A stretch of 64,000 bases of DNA from Octopus vulgaris (lineage: Eukaryota): contig OX597837.1 in NCBI GenBank assembly GCA_951406725.2, positions 6,200,001-6,264,000 of the forward strand, given 5' to 3'. The notes under the pieces are model-generated. The model was not told the origin of the DNA. It saw only the letters and a program-made list of their open reading frames with translations, and did not search any database. The number at the start of each line of letters is the position of its first letter. Position 1 is the first letter of the stretch. Positions 25,933-39,309 of the stretch are shown in pieces. A program made the translations under genes and the position numbers.

Positions 25933-26482
25933 TTGGGTTGTCCGGAAAGTTCGTGCCGATTTTTAAAGGAAAGACAAAGGTCAATAAATACTTGCCATTA
26001 CATTTTTAATCAACCAATTATGAACCATTTTCATGCACAATGAGTCTCCATCTTTCCTTTAACTTGAAAATACCCTCTTCCCAGAATTGAGGTGGTTTCA
26101 TGGCAAAGAATTCATCAAGGTATCTTTTTACGTCATCCAAGGAATTGAAATTTTTACCATTAAGACTATTCTGAAGAGACCTGAATAAGTGGAAATCCGA
26201 AGGAGCAATATCTGGTGAATAAGGAGGGTGGGGTAAAACATCCCAGCCGAGCTGCAGCAATTTTTGTTTGGTTCCCAAAGCATCAAGTGCCGAAAATGAA
26301 CTTTCTTATCTTCCATTTTAAAGGGTTACAAAATTAACACAGTTATAGTATAAACCTTCTTCCATGAAAAGATAGCATAAATGGAGGTGAAGTCAAATCC
26401 TATTTTATGGACTCAACCACGTTATAAAATAAACCGGAGGGTAAACTACTATAAATCGGCACGAATTTTCCGGACAACCAAA
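25933..26482 (-). mobile_element. Internally deleted mariner element
   Basis: TIRs TTGGGTTGTCCGGAAAGTTCGTGCCGATTT at both ends with TA flanks. N-terminus MEDKKVHFRHLMLWE is fused to a C-terminus with [16 protein letters not shown]. Confidence 0.92.
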
Positions 26483-26567
26483 TAGAATGTAACACCCCAA
26501 TCGAAAGTCGGAAGTAATTTATCACATTCTCTAACTGCAGAAAGCACACACACACACACACACACAC

Positions 26568-26623
<56 letters not shown>

Positions 26624-27470
26624 GACAGGGTTCTTTTAGTTTCTATCTACCAAATCCTCTCACAAGGTTTTGGTCGGCACGAGGCTAATATAAGACATTT
26701 GCTCAAGGCACCACGCAGTGGAAATGAGCCCGGGACCATGTATTTGGGAAGCAATCCTCTTACCACATAACCACGCCTCCACAAATATGTATGACATCGT
26801 TGCCTAATTACCAGTTGTTGACGATAAGGACAATTATAAGGTGACCATTTCTTCTGAAGATGACTATATTAAATGACCAGTTACTAATCTGTGAGATAAT
26901 ACTGGTATAGAGCAGGCGGAAATAGAAGAGATTATACATTGCCAGGATAGATTATAAAGATGTGTGTAATATAGTGTCACATTGAAAGATTATTGAACCG
27001 TTGGAGATAAGTGTATTATCTGAAGGACTTATAGGATTAATGAAAAGTAATATCTGTAAATGAAGAAGAAACATGATTCTAAATCAAAAAGAAATTGACC
27101 TACAATCTGAGACAATTCATAGAAATATAGTAATATTCTAAAGATTCTTGCTTTCGAAATGTTTTGGTCTGGGTCTGATTCCTTACAAAACTAAACGCAG
27201 TTGGGAAACAGAGGACAGAAAAGAGATCAAAGGATTTTCTCGGAAGTTTTTTTTTGTAGGTGACATATGGACATTTCACCCAGGACATACCTCGAAGCTG
27301 TGTAAAACACCTTAAAATTTAAAGAATAGAGAGTAAAGTAATGGTAAAATGGTAATGTACTTCGTTTTAGAGATGTCGAAAGGTTGTGGTAAAGTACATA
27401 TAAACTTAACCGAATAAGCAGTATTATAATTGTATCTGATATAGGCACAACGCTGCTCATTTCAGAAGAT

Positions 27471-27689
27471 TACGAAGGTGGTGCTGAAAAGTTCCTGTTT
27501 TTAAGGGTATCGCGAAAAGCCTTGTTGGAAGCCCAACCTCCTGAGTTCTTTTATAGGGTTTAAAAAACTGAAGGACATCAGTAATAAGTGAGTGAATCTG
27601 AGAGGGTAACATGTTGAACAAAATCATAATTAACTGATCCTCTTCTACATCCTTCTAGTCACTGCCAGGGACTTCTCAGCACCCCTCGT
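27471..27689. mobile_element. Mariner-derived MITE
   Basis: TIRs ACGA(A/G)GG.GTGCTGA(A/G)AAGT. Related copies at 28027-28220 and 23871-23990. Confidence 0.65.
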
Positions 27690-27725
27690 CTGTACATATA
27701 TAATATATATATATATAGTTAATTT

Positions 27726-27972
27726 GTGTAGGCGCGTATTTTAGTTGGTAGGGTGTCAGCATCATGATCGTAAGATTGTGGTTTCCATTCCTGGACCGAG
27801 CGATGCGTTGTGTTCTTGAGCAAAACACTTCATTTCACGTTGCTCCAGTTCACTCAGCTGGCAAAAATGAGTAACGCTACCATGGACCGGCGTCCCATGA
27901 AGCTGGGGAACACATACGCCATTGAAAGCGGGAAACCGGGCCCATGAGCCTGGCTAGGTTTTAAAGGGCGCA
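27726..27972 (+). mobile_element. SINE family D copy
   Basis: Reverse-complement homolog of 23529-23776. Confidence 0.75.
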
Positions 27973-28026
27973 TTTATTATATTTATTACGTATGTACGGG
28001 TGTCTGAATGTGTGTGTATACACACG

Positions 28027-28220
28027 CGAAGAGGTGCTGGAGAGTTCCTGGCTTTAAGGTGTCCCCCAACCTTGTGAGTTTTTTACAGGGCTTAGAAGAC
28101 TGAAGGGCCACAGCAATAAGTGAGAGAATCTGAGAGGGGGTATATGTTGAATACAATCACAATTAACTGATCCCAAAGCCAGGAACTTTTACCCAAAGCC
28201 AGGAACTTTTCAGCTACCTC
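28027..28220. mobile_element. Mariner-derived MITE, shorter copy
   Basis: Homologous to 27471-27689. Confidence 0.6.
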
Positions 28221-29163
28221 AGCCCCCATTGTATATCGATCGACCCGATATACCGATAAGTTCAGCACCAACTCCACATTTTACTACAGGTAAAAGATTA
28301 GCGGAAAAACTTAATTTGCCGATGGAGAGGACAATTCCAGATCAATTAATAAACATGTTGGAGTCATGAATTACCTGTCGTAGAAAACGTCAGTCAAGTT
28401 TTCCAGAACATAGATTATTATTTGAAGATAAGGAATTAAGAGGGTAAGTACTATTTATGGTTGGGTAATTAAATATATATATGCGTATCTACAGGTGAGT
28501 AATTAAATGAAAAGGTAAGTTGTATTACATCCAGTTTAGTAAATAGTTATATTTTACACCTGATTAATCAATGAGAAATTTATTTGCAGCTTAGCAATTA
28601 AGTGAACAGCTAATTATCTACTGGTTAATAATTAAGTTAAAATACGTGGTCGATGCAGACTCGCTAGAGCTACACTTCCAACAAATCTTTACAATAACGG
28701 TTTCGGTGTTAGCATTTTAGAAGGAGGTAAGAAAAGAAAACAAGTGTATCTCGGGTCAAGAAAATGGAAGAAGTTTAAAAGAGAGACTTGCAATAATTTC
28801 TCATCAAATATGGTACAAATATGGTCCAGAGAAAATGGAGGTGTCGGGTGTAAACGAAAAGGCGTGCTGTTTGGCGAGGATTAATGAAAGAAAAATTCGG
28901 TGCATATATTTGTAGCGTGTAATTAAGTAAACTGAGTAATTATTAAGAAATGTATTTACAGGCGAGTAATTAAGTGAATAACTAATCATGTACAGTCTAA
29001 AAATACGAAACCGATGCAGAATTGCTTCATAGTTGAGGAATATGTTTTGGGTTAATTTCCCCGGGTCTATGAACTGTGACAATGTGAAGAAACAAAATGG
29101 ACCTTGTTTGAAGGAAATGAGAAAAGGTTGAGAGAAGAACTAGCAATATTTTCTCATCAAGTA

Positions 29164-29783
29164 AGGCAGTAAGTTGGTAGATTCGTTACCATGCTGGACA
29201 AAACGCTTAGCGGTATTTCCCCTGCTGCTACATTCTGAGTTCAAATTCCACCGAGGTCGACTTTGTCTTTCATCCTTTCGGGGTCGATACATTAAGTTCA
29301 CGTTGCTCCAGGAGTGGCTGTGTGGTAGGCGCAGGAGTGGCTGTGTGGTAAGTAGCTTGCTAACCAACCACACGGTTGCGGGTTCAGTCCCACTGCGTGG
29401 CATCTTGGGCAAGTGTCTTCTATTATAGCCCCGGGCCGACCAATGCCTTGTGAGTGGATTTGGTAGACGGAAACTGAAAGAAGCCTGTCGTATATATGTA
29501 TATATATGTATATGTGTGTGTGTTTGTGTGTCTGTGTTTGTCCCCCTAGCATTGCTTGACAACCGATGCTGGTGTGTTTAGGTCCCCGTCACTTAGCGGT
29601 TCGGCAAAAAGAGACCGATAGAATAAGTACTAAAAGGTGGTGCTCCAGCATGGCCGCAGTCAAATGACTGAAACAAGTAAAAGAGTAAAGAGTAAAGAGT
29701 AAGTACCAGTTACGCACTGGGGTCGATGTAATCGATTTAATCCGTTTTGTTCGTCCTTGTTTGTCCCCTCTGTGTTTAGCTCC
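29164..29783 (+). mobile_element. SINE family B interrupted by a family A SINE (29298-29700)
   Basis: Family B sequence stops at ATTAAGT and resumes at AAGTACCAGTT (29701). Confidence 0.8.
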
Positions 29784-30078
29784 TTGCTTGAGGACATCTT
29801 TGTTGGGGACATGATTCTGCCATTTCATTCCGAGGATTTTCCGGAGGCAGCGCAGGTGAAAGATATTTAGGCGACGCTCTTGGCGTGTGTATGACATCAC
29901 AACCAGCCAGGTAAAGTCTTCGCTACATTTGCGGCACTGCCAGAGGGAGTGTTTATCCAGGATAGGACTACACAGCCACAGCAGGAGATGTATTAGGACA
30001 TGAAATGTAAAAGCCGGACTAGATTTTTATGCACAACACCATTGTCTCTCGAGAAAAAAAAAAGGATGCGAACAACAA
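29784..30078. mobile_element. RTE-clade LINE 3' fragment with inverted upstream segment
   Basis: Minus strand gives YTRQERRLNIFHLRCLRKILGMKWQNHVPNKDVL. Plus strand gives CQRECLSRIGLHSHSRRC and an RTE-like 3' end ending in AACAACAA. Confidence 0.72.
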
Positions 30079-30142
30079 AAGGCGTGATAACAAAGCGTAC
30101 AGTGTACATATTTGTGACTGAGACACTAAAGAAGCAGATATT

Positions 30143-30559
30143 GGATCTTTTCGGTTTGAACGGCAGTTTGTAACATCATTTCTATGTAACTAAAAAATTT
30201 AAACTTCGTATACTGGTAGAATGTGTTTATAAAACATCTTTTTCTCTTGGCTTTATTGAGAAAATTCTATAGTTTGTAATATATTTATTGTTTTATTTCT
30301 TCAAATTCTGCTATTTCAACCAATTAATGACGTCTATTGAGGTAAAAAAACATTCTGTGCCGTATGAATATGTCCCTCGTTTAAGAAACAGATTGGGTTT
30401 ATTTACATTTGCGAAGAAAAAAAGATACTCTTCCACCCACCCCTAACCCTAACCCTAAAACAGATTGAAATGCAATAGATCGATACTAGGGTCATAATTA
30501 TGCGTGACAATTTCATATGACACCGCTAGAAAAAACTGCCGTTCACACCGAAAAGATCC
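30143..30559. mobile_element. MITE copy 2 with 8 bp TSD (Merlin-like termini)
   Basis: TIRs GGATCTTTTCGGT(T/G)TGAACGGCAGTTT. TSD CAGATATT at 30135-30142 and 30560-30567. Confidence 0.85.
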
Positions 30560-31000
30560 CAGATATTCATTTAACAATGAGTACCACATTAAACAACGGG
30601 AATAGACATGGATAACATTTGTGTGTCGGAAAGGAAAGTGGTTAAGCCTGAATCGCTAAAACGCCGTCATATTATCGACTCAGTCAGTCGCAGCTCCTAA
30701 AATTTAGTATAAATTAGAATCATTTTAACATTTTACGTGACACAGTTTAATTTCTTCCTTTATTTACGTCTCGCCAGCTTCAAGGATAATTTAAATCAAC
30801 GGAATATTTATTCATAATGTTATTGTTGTTAATGTTTCTATTTTATATTTTAGTTATTTTTCTTTCTTTGTCTTTATTAAGTTCTTTGATCAATTAATAA
30901 TGACATTTCTGGTCCTGTGTTTCTGCCAATTAAAGTATTTCACAACGAAAAATATATTTTATGTTTAATAATTTTATAACCTCCTTGCTTTTATGTACAC

Positions 31001-31080
<80 letters not shown>

Positions 31081-31081
31081 G

Positions 31082-31124
<43 letters not shown>

Positions 31125-31137
31125 CATCCATATATCT

Positions 31138-31624
31138 ATTCAAGTACCATTGAAAAGGAAAGTGAGAGTAGAGAGGCAAGTTTTGTCTAGCGAATGTTTT
31201 AAAAAACGATGGGTGAATGTAGCAAGGATGGCACGTATGAATGACGAAGCCCCCTTGAGAATAATCCTATGAACCCAGAAATTGAAAACAAATGTGGTAA
31301 CATATAACAATATTGACCAAGGTTACCGTGGTCTTTTTCGTAGGCTTTTCTTCCCAGGGATAAACCTTACTTGCTTTCCCCTTTACACTATACATCATAA
31401 CACTGATCCCAATTGATCGTTTTTTTTCCTCTTCCCCCCCCTTTTTTGCTCTATTTTTTGTTCTTTTTTCCCTTTTACGATCCCTTACGATCGAAAACCT
31501 ACGCCACCTTTTTTTTTTGTTTCTTTTACTTTTTGTTTATTGTTTTTTTGATCCCCCAAAAGAAAAGCTCCTTGCTTGTAACTTGTCCCATCTATCTATC
31601 TATGTGTGGCTAATCTAAAGAAAC

Positions 31625-31625
<1 letters not shown>
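31138..31625 (+). mobile_element. 5'-truncated 3' end of the Tx1-like LINE within (TATC)n
   Basis: Encodes KVRVERQVLSSECFKKRWVNVARMARMNDEA, identical to the C-terminus of ORF 61736-63562, plus the 3' UTR. (TATC)n on both sides. Confidence 0.9.
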
Positions 31626-31713
<88 letters not shown>

Positions 31714-31759
31714 TATGTATATATGTAACCCTATACTACTCAGATGAACCAACTACACA

Positions 31760-31870
31760 CTTGCTCTTGGTGATTTTTCCCTTTTCTTTGGCTTTTTCCT
31801 TTTTCCTATTCCCATTCCGACGAAGAGTTATGCTCGAAACTTCAAAGAGTCACTTTTTACTAAGCGTCAA
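31760..31870 (+). mobile_element. Diverged H5-related fragment with hammerhead-like core
   Basis: CCGACGA-AGAG TTATG CTC-GAAA-CTTC at 31817-31843, downstream of (TA)n. Confidence 0.4.
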
Positions 31871-32044
31871 ACTGACACATTCCATATATGTTTTTCTTTT
31901 CTAAAAGCTGATACTTATTCTAACGGTTACTTTTGCCGAAGAGCTAAGTTATGGAGACGTAAACACACCTACACCGGTTGTCAAAAAGTGATGGCGACAA
32001 GCACAGACATAAAAACACACACATACATATACACACATAGACAC

Positions 32045-32107
<63 letters not shown>

Positions 32108-32502
32108 ACAGAATCTTTTCAGTTTCGTCTACCAAACCCTCTCACATGGATTTGGTGGGCCCGAGGCTATAGTAGAAGTCATTTGCTCAAGGTGCTATGC
32201 AGTGGAAATGAACCCGGAGACATGTTATTGAGAAGAAAGCTTCTTGCCACACCTGTGCCTAAACCACCACTTTGAAAGAGAAGCAGCACTATAAACTACA
32301 TATACTTGATGAATGCATGTCCTGTATTTGCCGGTAGGTTGCGAACCAGCGGCGGTGGAGAATACTTTCTCAAAGTTAAAATAGCTGAAAGTCATAGAAA
32401 GGTGAAATAACTCAGCATATTCGATAATTTCCTGATGTCTGATATACATGCATACATACATGTAAACATACACAATTATAAATACATACATACATATATA
32501 TC

Positions 32503-32573
<71 letters not shown>

Positions 32574-33448
32574 GTATATGCTTACATATAATCAAAGAAG
32601 CAAGGAATAGAATTTGAAGATAAAGATAGGCAACTAGGCAACCCCTCTGTCTCTATCTCACACACATAGATAAATACCTTTATGTGCATCAAGAGACAGA
32701 TAGCTATTCTTTGAGATATATAGATATATTATATATAAAAATTATATCTACATACATATATATGAGAAAGCGAGAGAGAGAGAGAAAGGAAGAGAGGCGG
32801 AGAATAAGACGAAAAGAAGAAGAATTATGATTTTGTATATATAGATATATATATAGAGAGAGATAGATATATATTGATATAAATTAGCTGATATCACAAC
32901 ACATTACGTTTGTCAGTTGAGATAGATTCAAAGTTAAAATATGTCATTTGTTAAATCCTTTTATAACCTAATGGCACTTTGTGTTGGTAGTGAATGAGAT
33001 AGTCTTTGTGGCATCTGGCTTGTCATTTTGACAACGATGGCTAAATCAAACCTTCTTTTCCCTCACGCTCTTCGCTCTTCTTACATACCATCATCTATGC
33101 AGAGTTACGCGCGCGCAGAGAGATAGATGTTCAAGACACTTATATATAAAAGTATATGTCTGTGAGTGTAAACATACATTCATATATGCATATATACATA
33201 CCTGCATGCATATGAATATGTATATAGATATGTTTATATAAAGCATGTATATGTATGAACGAAAATGTTTAAGCATAAACATCGATGTACGGTCATACAG
33301 ACACACACACATATATACGCACGTATATGTATATATATGCATACACTTTGCATATACAAACACACACACACAAACACGCACAGACACATACATATTTATA
33401 TATTTGTTTATGTATACATATATATGCTTAGATAAAACATACATTTAC

Positions 33449-33496
<48 letters not shown>

Positions 33497-33554
33497 CAAA
33501 TACATACCTACATATGTATATATATATATATATATACATACATACGTACATATG

Positions 33555-33593
<39 letters not shown>

Positions 33594-34449
33594 ACATTTG
33601 ATTAGATAATACATATTGATATATGGACAGGCATACTCGCACACACATACATATATAATATTTATTTACATACATACATGTATACATACATACATACATA
33701 CATACATACATACATAACTCGTCTTACTCTTTCCCTTAATTCTTTCAAATCTTCCATGAAATGAAGTCAGCTTATTCCTGACTAAGAAGAAAACTGGGAG
33801 CTTCACAAGGTCAGCAGTAAAGGGCCAAATGGGAATGTCATAAAAGTCTTGTCGTGTGCATCTTCAGAATTCTTGTAAATTTACTTTGCAGAACACATGT
33901 TAAAATGGCTATTTCTGTCAATGAGATTAAGAATGGCATTTAAAAAGTTTCATTTTAAATTCATCTCTGATTGATGAAACATTATTTTCGCTTGTTGAGT
34001 CTTCTCTATCAATCGGCATTTCATTACATCTTATTAGTAAGCGTGTCAAGGTATAATCTCTTCATCTAGGATGGAACTAACGGCACATACTATGGTGTAT
34101 TTTCAAACGAAAGTTCCGCTGTTGCTGTGTTGTTGATTATACTTACCTTTTGTTTTCGTTGGTATACGCAGCCTTAACATTTATGCAAATACATCGTAGA
34201 AAATATATATTAGCAACAGGGGCAGTGTTATTATCGAGAGATAATATTTATGCCCACTTAAACGTCGATGTTCTCTTAGAACAAACTATACTGTGGTAGA
34301 TTCCACGAGAGAACCTCCTATATTGGCTTCTGGGGCAAAATGTTTTAACAAACCATTCGTATTTAAGTAGGAATAAATATATTGCACGAGAGGTCTGAGC
34401 ATGCAAGGAATATATTTTTATATCCATAACCTTGCCGCCTTTTGCTGTT

Positions 34450-34910
34450 ATTATCTATCTACACTAGGGCGGTGAGCTGGCAGAATTGTTTGCACGCCGG
34501 GCGAAACGCTTAGTTGTATTTCATCAGCCGCAACGTTCTGAGTTCAAATTGCGCCAAGGTCAACTTTGCCTTTTATCCTTTCGGAGTATACTAAATAGGC
34601 ACCAGTTAGGCACTGGGTTCGATATAATCGACTTAACCCCTTCTTTCAAATTTGAGGAAATGTGCCTCCAATAGAAATAATTATCTATTTACACTAGGGA
34701 GGCGAGCTGGCAAAATCGTTACTTCACCTGAAAAAGCGTTTAGCAGCATTTCTTCCGACTTCACGTCCTGAGTTCAAATGTCTTCAGAGTCGACTTTGCG
34801 TTTCATCATTTCGGATTCGCTAAAATAAGTGCCACTTAAGTACTAGAGTCGATGTAAACGAATTACATATACCAATATAACTAATGGTCTTGTGCCTAAA
34901 TTTGAAACCA
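34450..34910 (+). mobile_element. Tandem pair of short family B SINEs
   Basis: Two ~230 bp units, each preceded by ATTATCTAT(C/T)TACACTAGGG. Confidence 0.7.
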
Positions 34911-35596
34911 TTATGTAGGGAGCGGGGCTTGGGTAGGGGTCTCAGGGAGTAGCGCCCTTGCCTTCCTGAATTAGTTTTCCACCACACTTCTTAAAAATCG
35001 TGGTAGAGGTCTTGGTCTCAGGACCACTTATGTCTAGAAACTGAGGTTGGGGTAAGTAAGCAAGGGCATGCTCCCCCTAGAAAATCCAGCTCCAAAAATG
35101 CCCCATGAGAGCAAAGGAGAATGGACATCAGCCAGCCCAAATGTTGGGGTAGGCTGCACCTGCCTAGCTTAGTTGCTATGGGATTGAGGTAGATCTGGCC
35201 ACCCCAGTCAAAATAAGGCTTAGAGACTTTTCGCCTGTTTTTTACGTTTTTACGTTTTTACGCTTTTCATCCGTTTGGTTACACTGCAGTCCGTATAACC
35301 CAATAGACCCCACTCCCTAAATTTCAACCCTTATGCCTATAAAAGGATTATTTATCTACATTAAGGCAGTGAATGGGTAGAAACATTTACACGACGGTCA
35401 AAATGCTTGGCAGCATTTTGTCTGTCTTTACGTTCTGTTTCGTATTTCACCCAGGTCGACGTTGGATTTTGAACACTCAGAGACGATAAAACAAGCACCA
35501 GTTAAATAGCTGGGTCGCTGTAACCGACTAACACTCTTCCTATAAATTTCAGGTCTTGTACCTACAGCATTATATACCTACATTAATATTTAGATC

Positions 35597-35735
35597 GACG
35601 TATGTAAATTTATAATCCGGGCAGTGAATTTGTAAGGTTAGAAGCAGTTGTTCATAAATATATATATATTTTATATCATTGATTATGGATGAAATGTTGG
35701 AATCTAGAATGAAGCTGACCTGCACAGCAGTCAAT
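35597..35735 (-). pseudogene. RLE-domain (R4/Dong-like) LINE C-terminal remnant
   Basis: TAVQVSFILDSNISSIINDIKYIY.EQLLLTLQIHCPDYKFTY resembles the E..CP.D.N...K..KY..L motif. Confidence 0.4.
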
Positions 35736-36437
35736 AAGTGTTGCATCATGGAGATTTTGCCTGCATTTAATGGACGTTTTGATGGGAATATTCCAACATT
35801 AATCTTTATGTTAGAATATATAAATATACTCAAGCACAGAAATGTGTTTTATTTATTTGTGAAAGCAGTTCTTTCTACGGATGTCATTCTGAATTGTTTT
35901 AGCAAAAATAATAAGATACGGCATAGGAAAACCATATTTTGTTAATATATTTGGACAGCTGGTCATCACATGTTGAATGTCATCTACAGATATACGATAT
36001 AATCGGCATCTATGTTTGTATCTTAAGACTTTAAAAGCTTCTATATCTGTCTCTTCTTCGTTTTCTTTCTTTTTTTTTCTTAAGCATTATTTTTCCAGTT
36101 ATTCTTTTCGATTATAATAGCATAACAAATCTGATATGATATAACAACTCTGAGTCCAGAAAGAGCGTGATATAACGGTCAGGTTTCTTCTTACCATATT
36201 CGTATGTTACACAATTTTCTGGAAAACTTACAGATGTATAACCTTTTTCATTGCTACGCAGAATGTTTCACAAACAGGTAATTTGTTAAGGTATACCGCA
36301 ATGAAATTATTTTGATACTGAGATTTTTCTGAAAAAGGAACGGTTGCTCAAAGAGCCATTTCCAGAGCGTCCAAGACTTCCGTAGCAGTTGAGTGGATGG
36401 TGCGACACACATCTAAGGAAAATATTCTTTGCATATA

Positions 36438-36858
36438 GGCGCAGGAGTGGCTGTGTGGTAAGTAGCTTGCTTACCAACCACATGGTTCCGGGTTCAGTCC
36501 CACTGCGTGGCATCTTGGGCAAGTGTATTCTGCTATAGACCCGGGCCGACCAATGCCTTGTGAGTGGATTTGGTAGACGGAAACTGAAAGAAGCCCGTCG
36601 TATATGTGTGTATATATATATGTGTGTGTGTGCGCGTATGTTTGTGCGTCTGTGTTTGTCCTCCCAACATTGCTTGACAACCGATGCTGGTGTGTTTACG
36701 TCCCCGTTACTTAGCGGTTCGGCAAAAAGAGACCGATAGAATAAGTACTGGGCTTACATAAGAATAAGTCCCGGGGTCGAGTTGCTCGATTAAAGGCGGT
36801 GCTCCATCATGGTCGCAGTCAAATGACTGAAACAAGTAAAAGAGTAAAAGAGAGTAAA
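36438..36858 (+). mobile_element. Full-length SINE family A
   Basis: Head GGCGCAGGAGTGGCTGTGTGG, B box GGTTCAGTCCC, internal (TG)n, tail GTAAAAGAGTAAAAGAG. Confidence 0.85.
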
Positions 36859-39309
36859 ACAGTATATGGTTGGTCGGTTACGTTCGGCTTGAAGCAAAAT
36901 CTTATTTGCAATGACGTAGCATTCGCTTCTCATTATCGTCATGGAAATGAAAGAATGGTTAGCGGCACCTTATTGTGCCGCTTTGTTGCACGCACTATGA
37001 AATCACGAAAATAATGATAAACTCATGAATGTTATGTTAGTGTGTGCGTACGTACGTATATATGCATGTATGTATGTATGTATGTATGTATGTATGTATG
37101 TATGTATGTATGTATGTATGTATGTATGTATGTATGTATGCATGTATGTATGTATATGTCTGTCTGTATGTATGTATGTATGTATGTATGTACGTATGTT
37201 TGTATGCATGTATGTTTGCATATATATATATGTATGTAGAACGTAGTCAGATCGTAGTCTGCCGTTACGCTCTGAGTTCAAATTCCGCCGAGGTCGACTT
37301 TGCCTTTCATCCTTTCGGGGTCGATAAATTAAGTAGCAGTTACGCACTGGGGTCGGTATAATCGACTTAATACTTTGTCCTTGTTTGTCCCCTCTATGTT
37401 TAGCCCCTTGTGGGTAATAAAGAAATATATATATATGTATGTATGTTTGTATATATGTATGCATGTATGTGTGTTTGTATGTATGTTTGTTTGTATGTAC
37501 GTACGTACGTACGTATGTATATATGTATATGTGTGTGTATGTATGTATGTACCTATGTATGCATGCGTATGTGTGTGAGAGAGATAAAGATAGAAGGAAA
37601 AACAGAGAAAGAGAAAGAGAGAGTGAGAAAGAGAGAGAGAGAGAAAGGGAGAGAGAATGATATTGGATAACTTGAACAATATTGTCCCATTTGTTTTAGA
37701 ACTGGATTTGCATTTTCTCAGGGACCCTTCATACGATCTTTAGACTTAATTTAATCACCGACCAAAACATGTTCGTATTACATTATAGACTTTGCCTTTC
37801 ATCCTTTCGGAGGTCGATAAATTAAGTACCAGTTGTGTACTGGGGTCAATCTAATCGACTGCCCCCGTCCCACAAAACTTCAGGCTTTTTGCCTAGAGTA
37901 GAGACGATAATATTATTTTTAAAACTAACATCTGACAATGCAATACTTTATATATGAAAAATATCCTATGAGATGGTCATAGTTGGAACCTATAAAATTA
38001 AATGTAACAACAATAACAACAGCGTTTTGAAGCATTCTGTAAATTTAAATCGCAGCAGTTTGAGTACTAACATATTTTGGCTCTCAGACAAATATTATCT
38101 CTTCAGGCATCTTTTAGGAGATATATTAGCTGAGAAAATGCTTAAGATTTCACTTTTGACAAATTAAATTTAAATGTTGAAGTGAATCTAACGGTTTCTG
38201 TTTTTCTTAAATGGTTTATAAACACCTTCCACGATGCAATTGTTTTCGTTCCAAGCACACGATCTCAGATCAGGTCACTTGCTATGCATAATGTTTTTTT
38301 TTATATAATTATTCCAGGGTTGCAATAATCTGAGGTAGCAGATACTTTTGTCAAATCCAAGTAAATCCGAAAATATATTTGTAGGGAATTGAATCAATCT
38401 CCTTTCAGTAAACACGCCATATTGGTGCAATGTTTCGTTTCAACCAGCGTTCTTTATCTTTCTTCAGAAAACGCAGCTCTTTATCAATCTGAAGCCGTTC
38501 GACATATTCTTATACTTCTTCCTTTCCACTTGCCTGGTCATCAATCACTACCTCGTTGCTGTAATGGGAAAAGTCTTCAAGGAATTCATTGTGGCAGTTT
38601 GTGTAAAGTTTATCCAAATTGTTTAAGTAAACAATACGCCCGTCCATATTTTTCAGCCAACCGGCGAGTTTTATTGCTAGCTACAAAACTTGTACGTGCT
38701 GTGGCAAGCTATGTATGACATGCTAGTTTGATTACCATTTTTCTTTTAAATATACAGGTGTATTGTGGTATTATGTGAAACGTCGACATCTCGTATCTAG
38801 TTCCTTCCTGGTGGTTTCCGAGTATATAACCTCCCTTTGATCTATAGGGAGATGCTGAAATAAATGTGTATTATTGATGATATTCATACAGCGATGCTTG
38901 ATGACTGTATACAACCATTTCAATAGCGGCTGATGTCCTTATTTTTTATTCTAGATATTTGACTAAAAAGCTTTGAAATGTTCTTTTGATGTGCCTTATT
39001 TTACACAGATATGGTGGTTTGTTTTTGAAACTCCACTCAAAGATTATGTGTTAGACAAAACAATAAAATTTGAGAGATGGGCATGTTTGAGGCCTTGGGT
39101 TTCTAATATTGTTTTGATTTTCCTAAACGATTGTTATTATCTTTAAAGATAAATATACATAATATTTAAAACTTCACAATAAGGCGGTGAGCTGGCGGAA
39201 TCGTTACCGGGCCGGAAGAAGTGTTTAGCGACATTTCTTCAAACTCTAAACGCTTTGATTTCAAATTCCGCTGTGGTCAAATTTACCCTCTATCATTTCG
39301 GAGTTGATA

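Noticed and set aside
34137-34150. ATACTTACCT as U1 snRNA or a minus-strand splice donor
   Set aside because: No further U1 similarity, and no supportable upstream exon.
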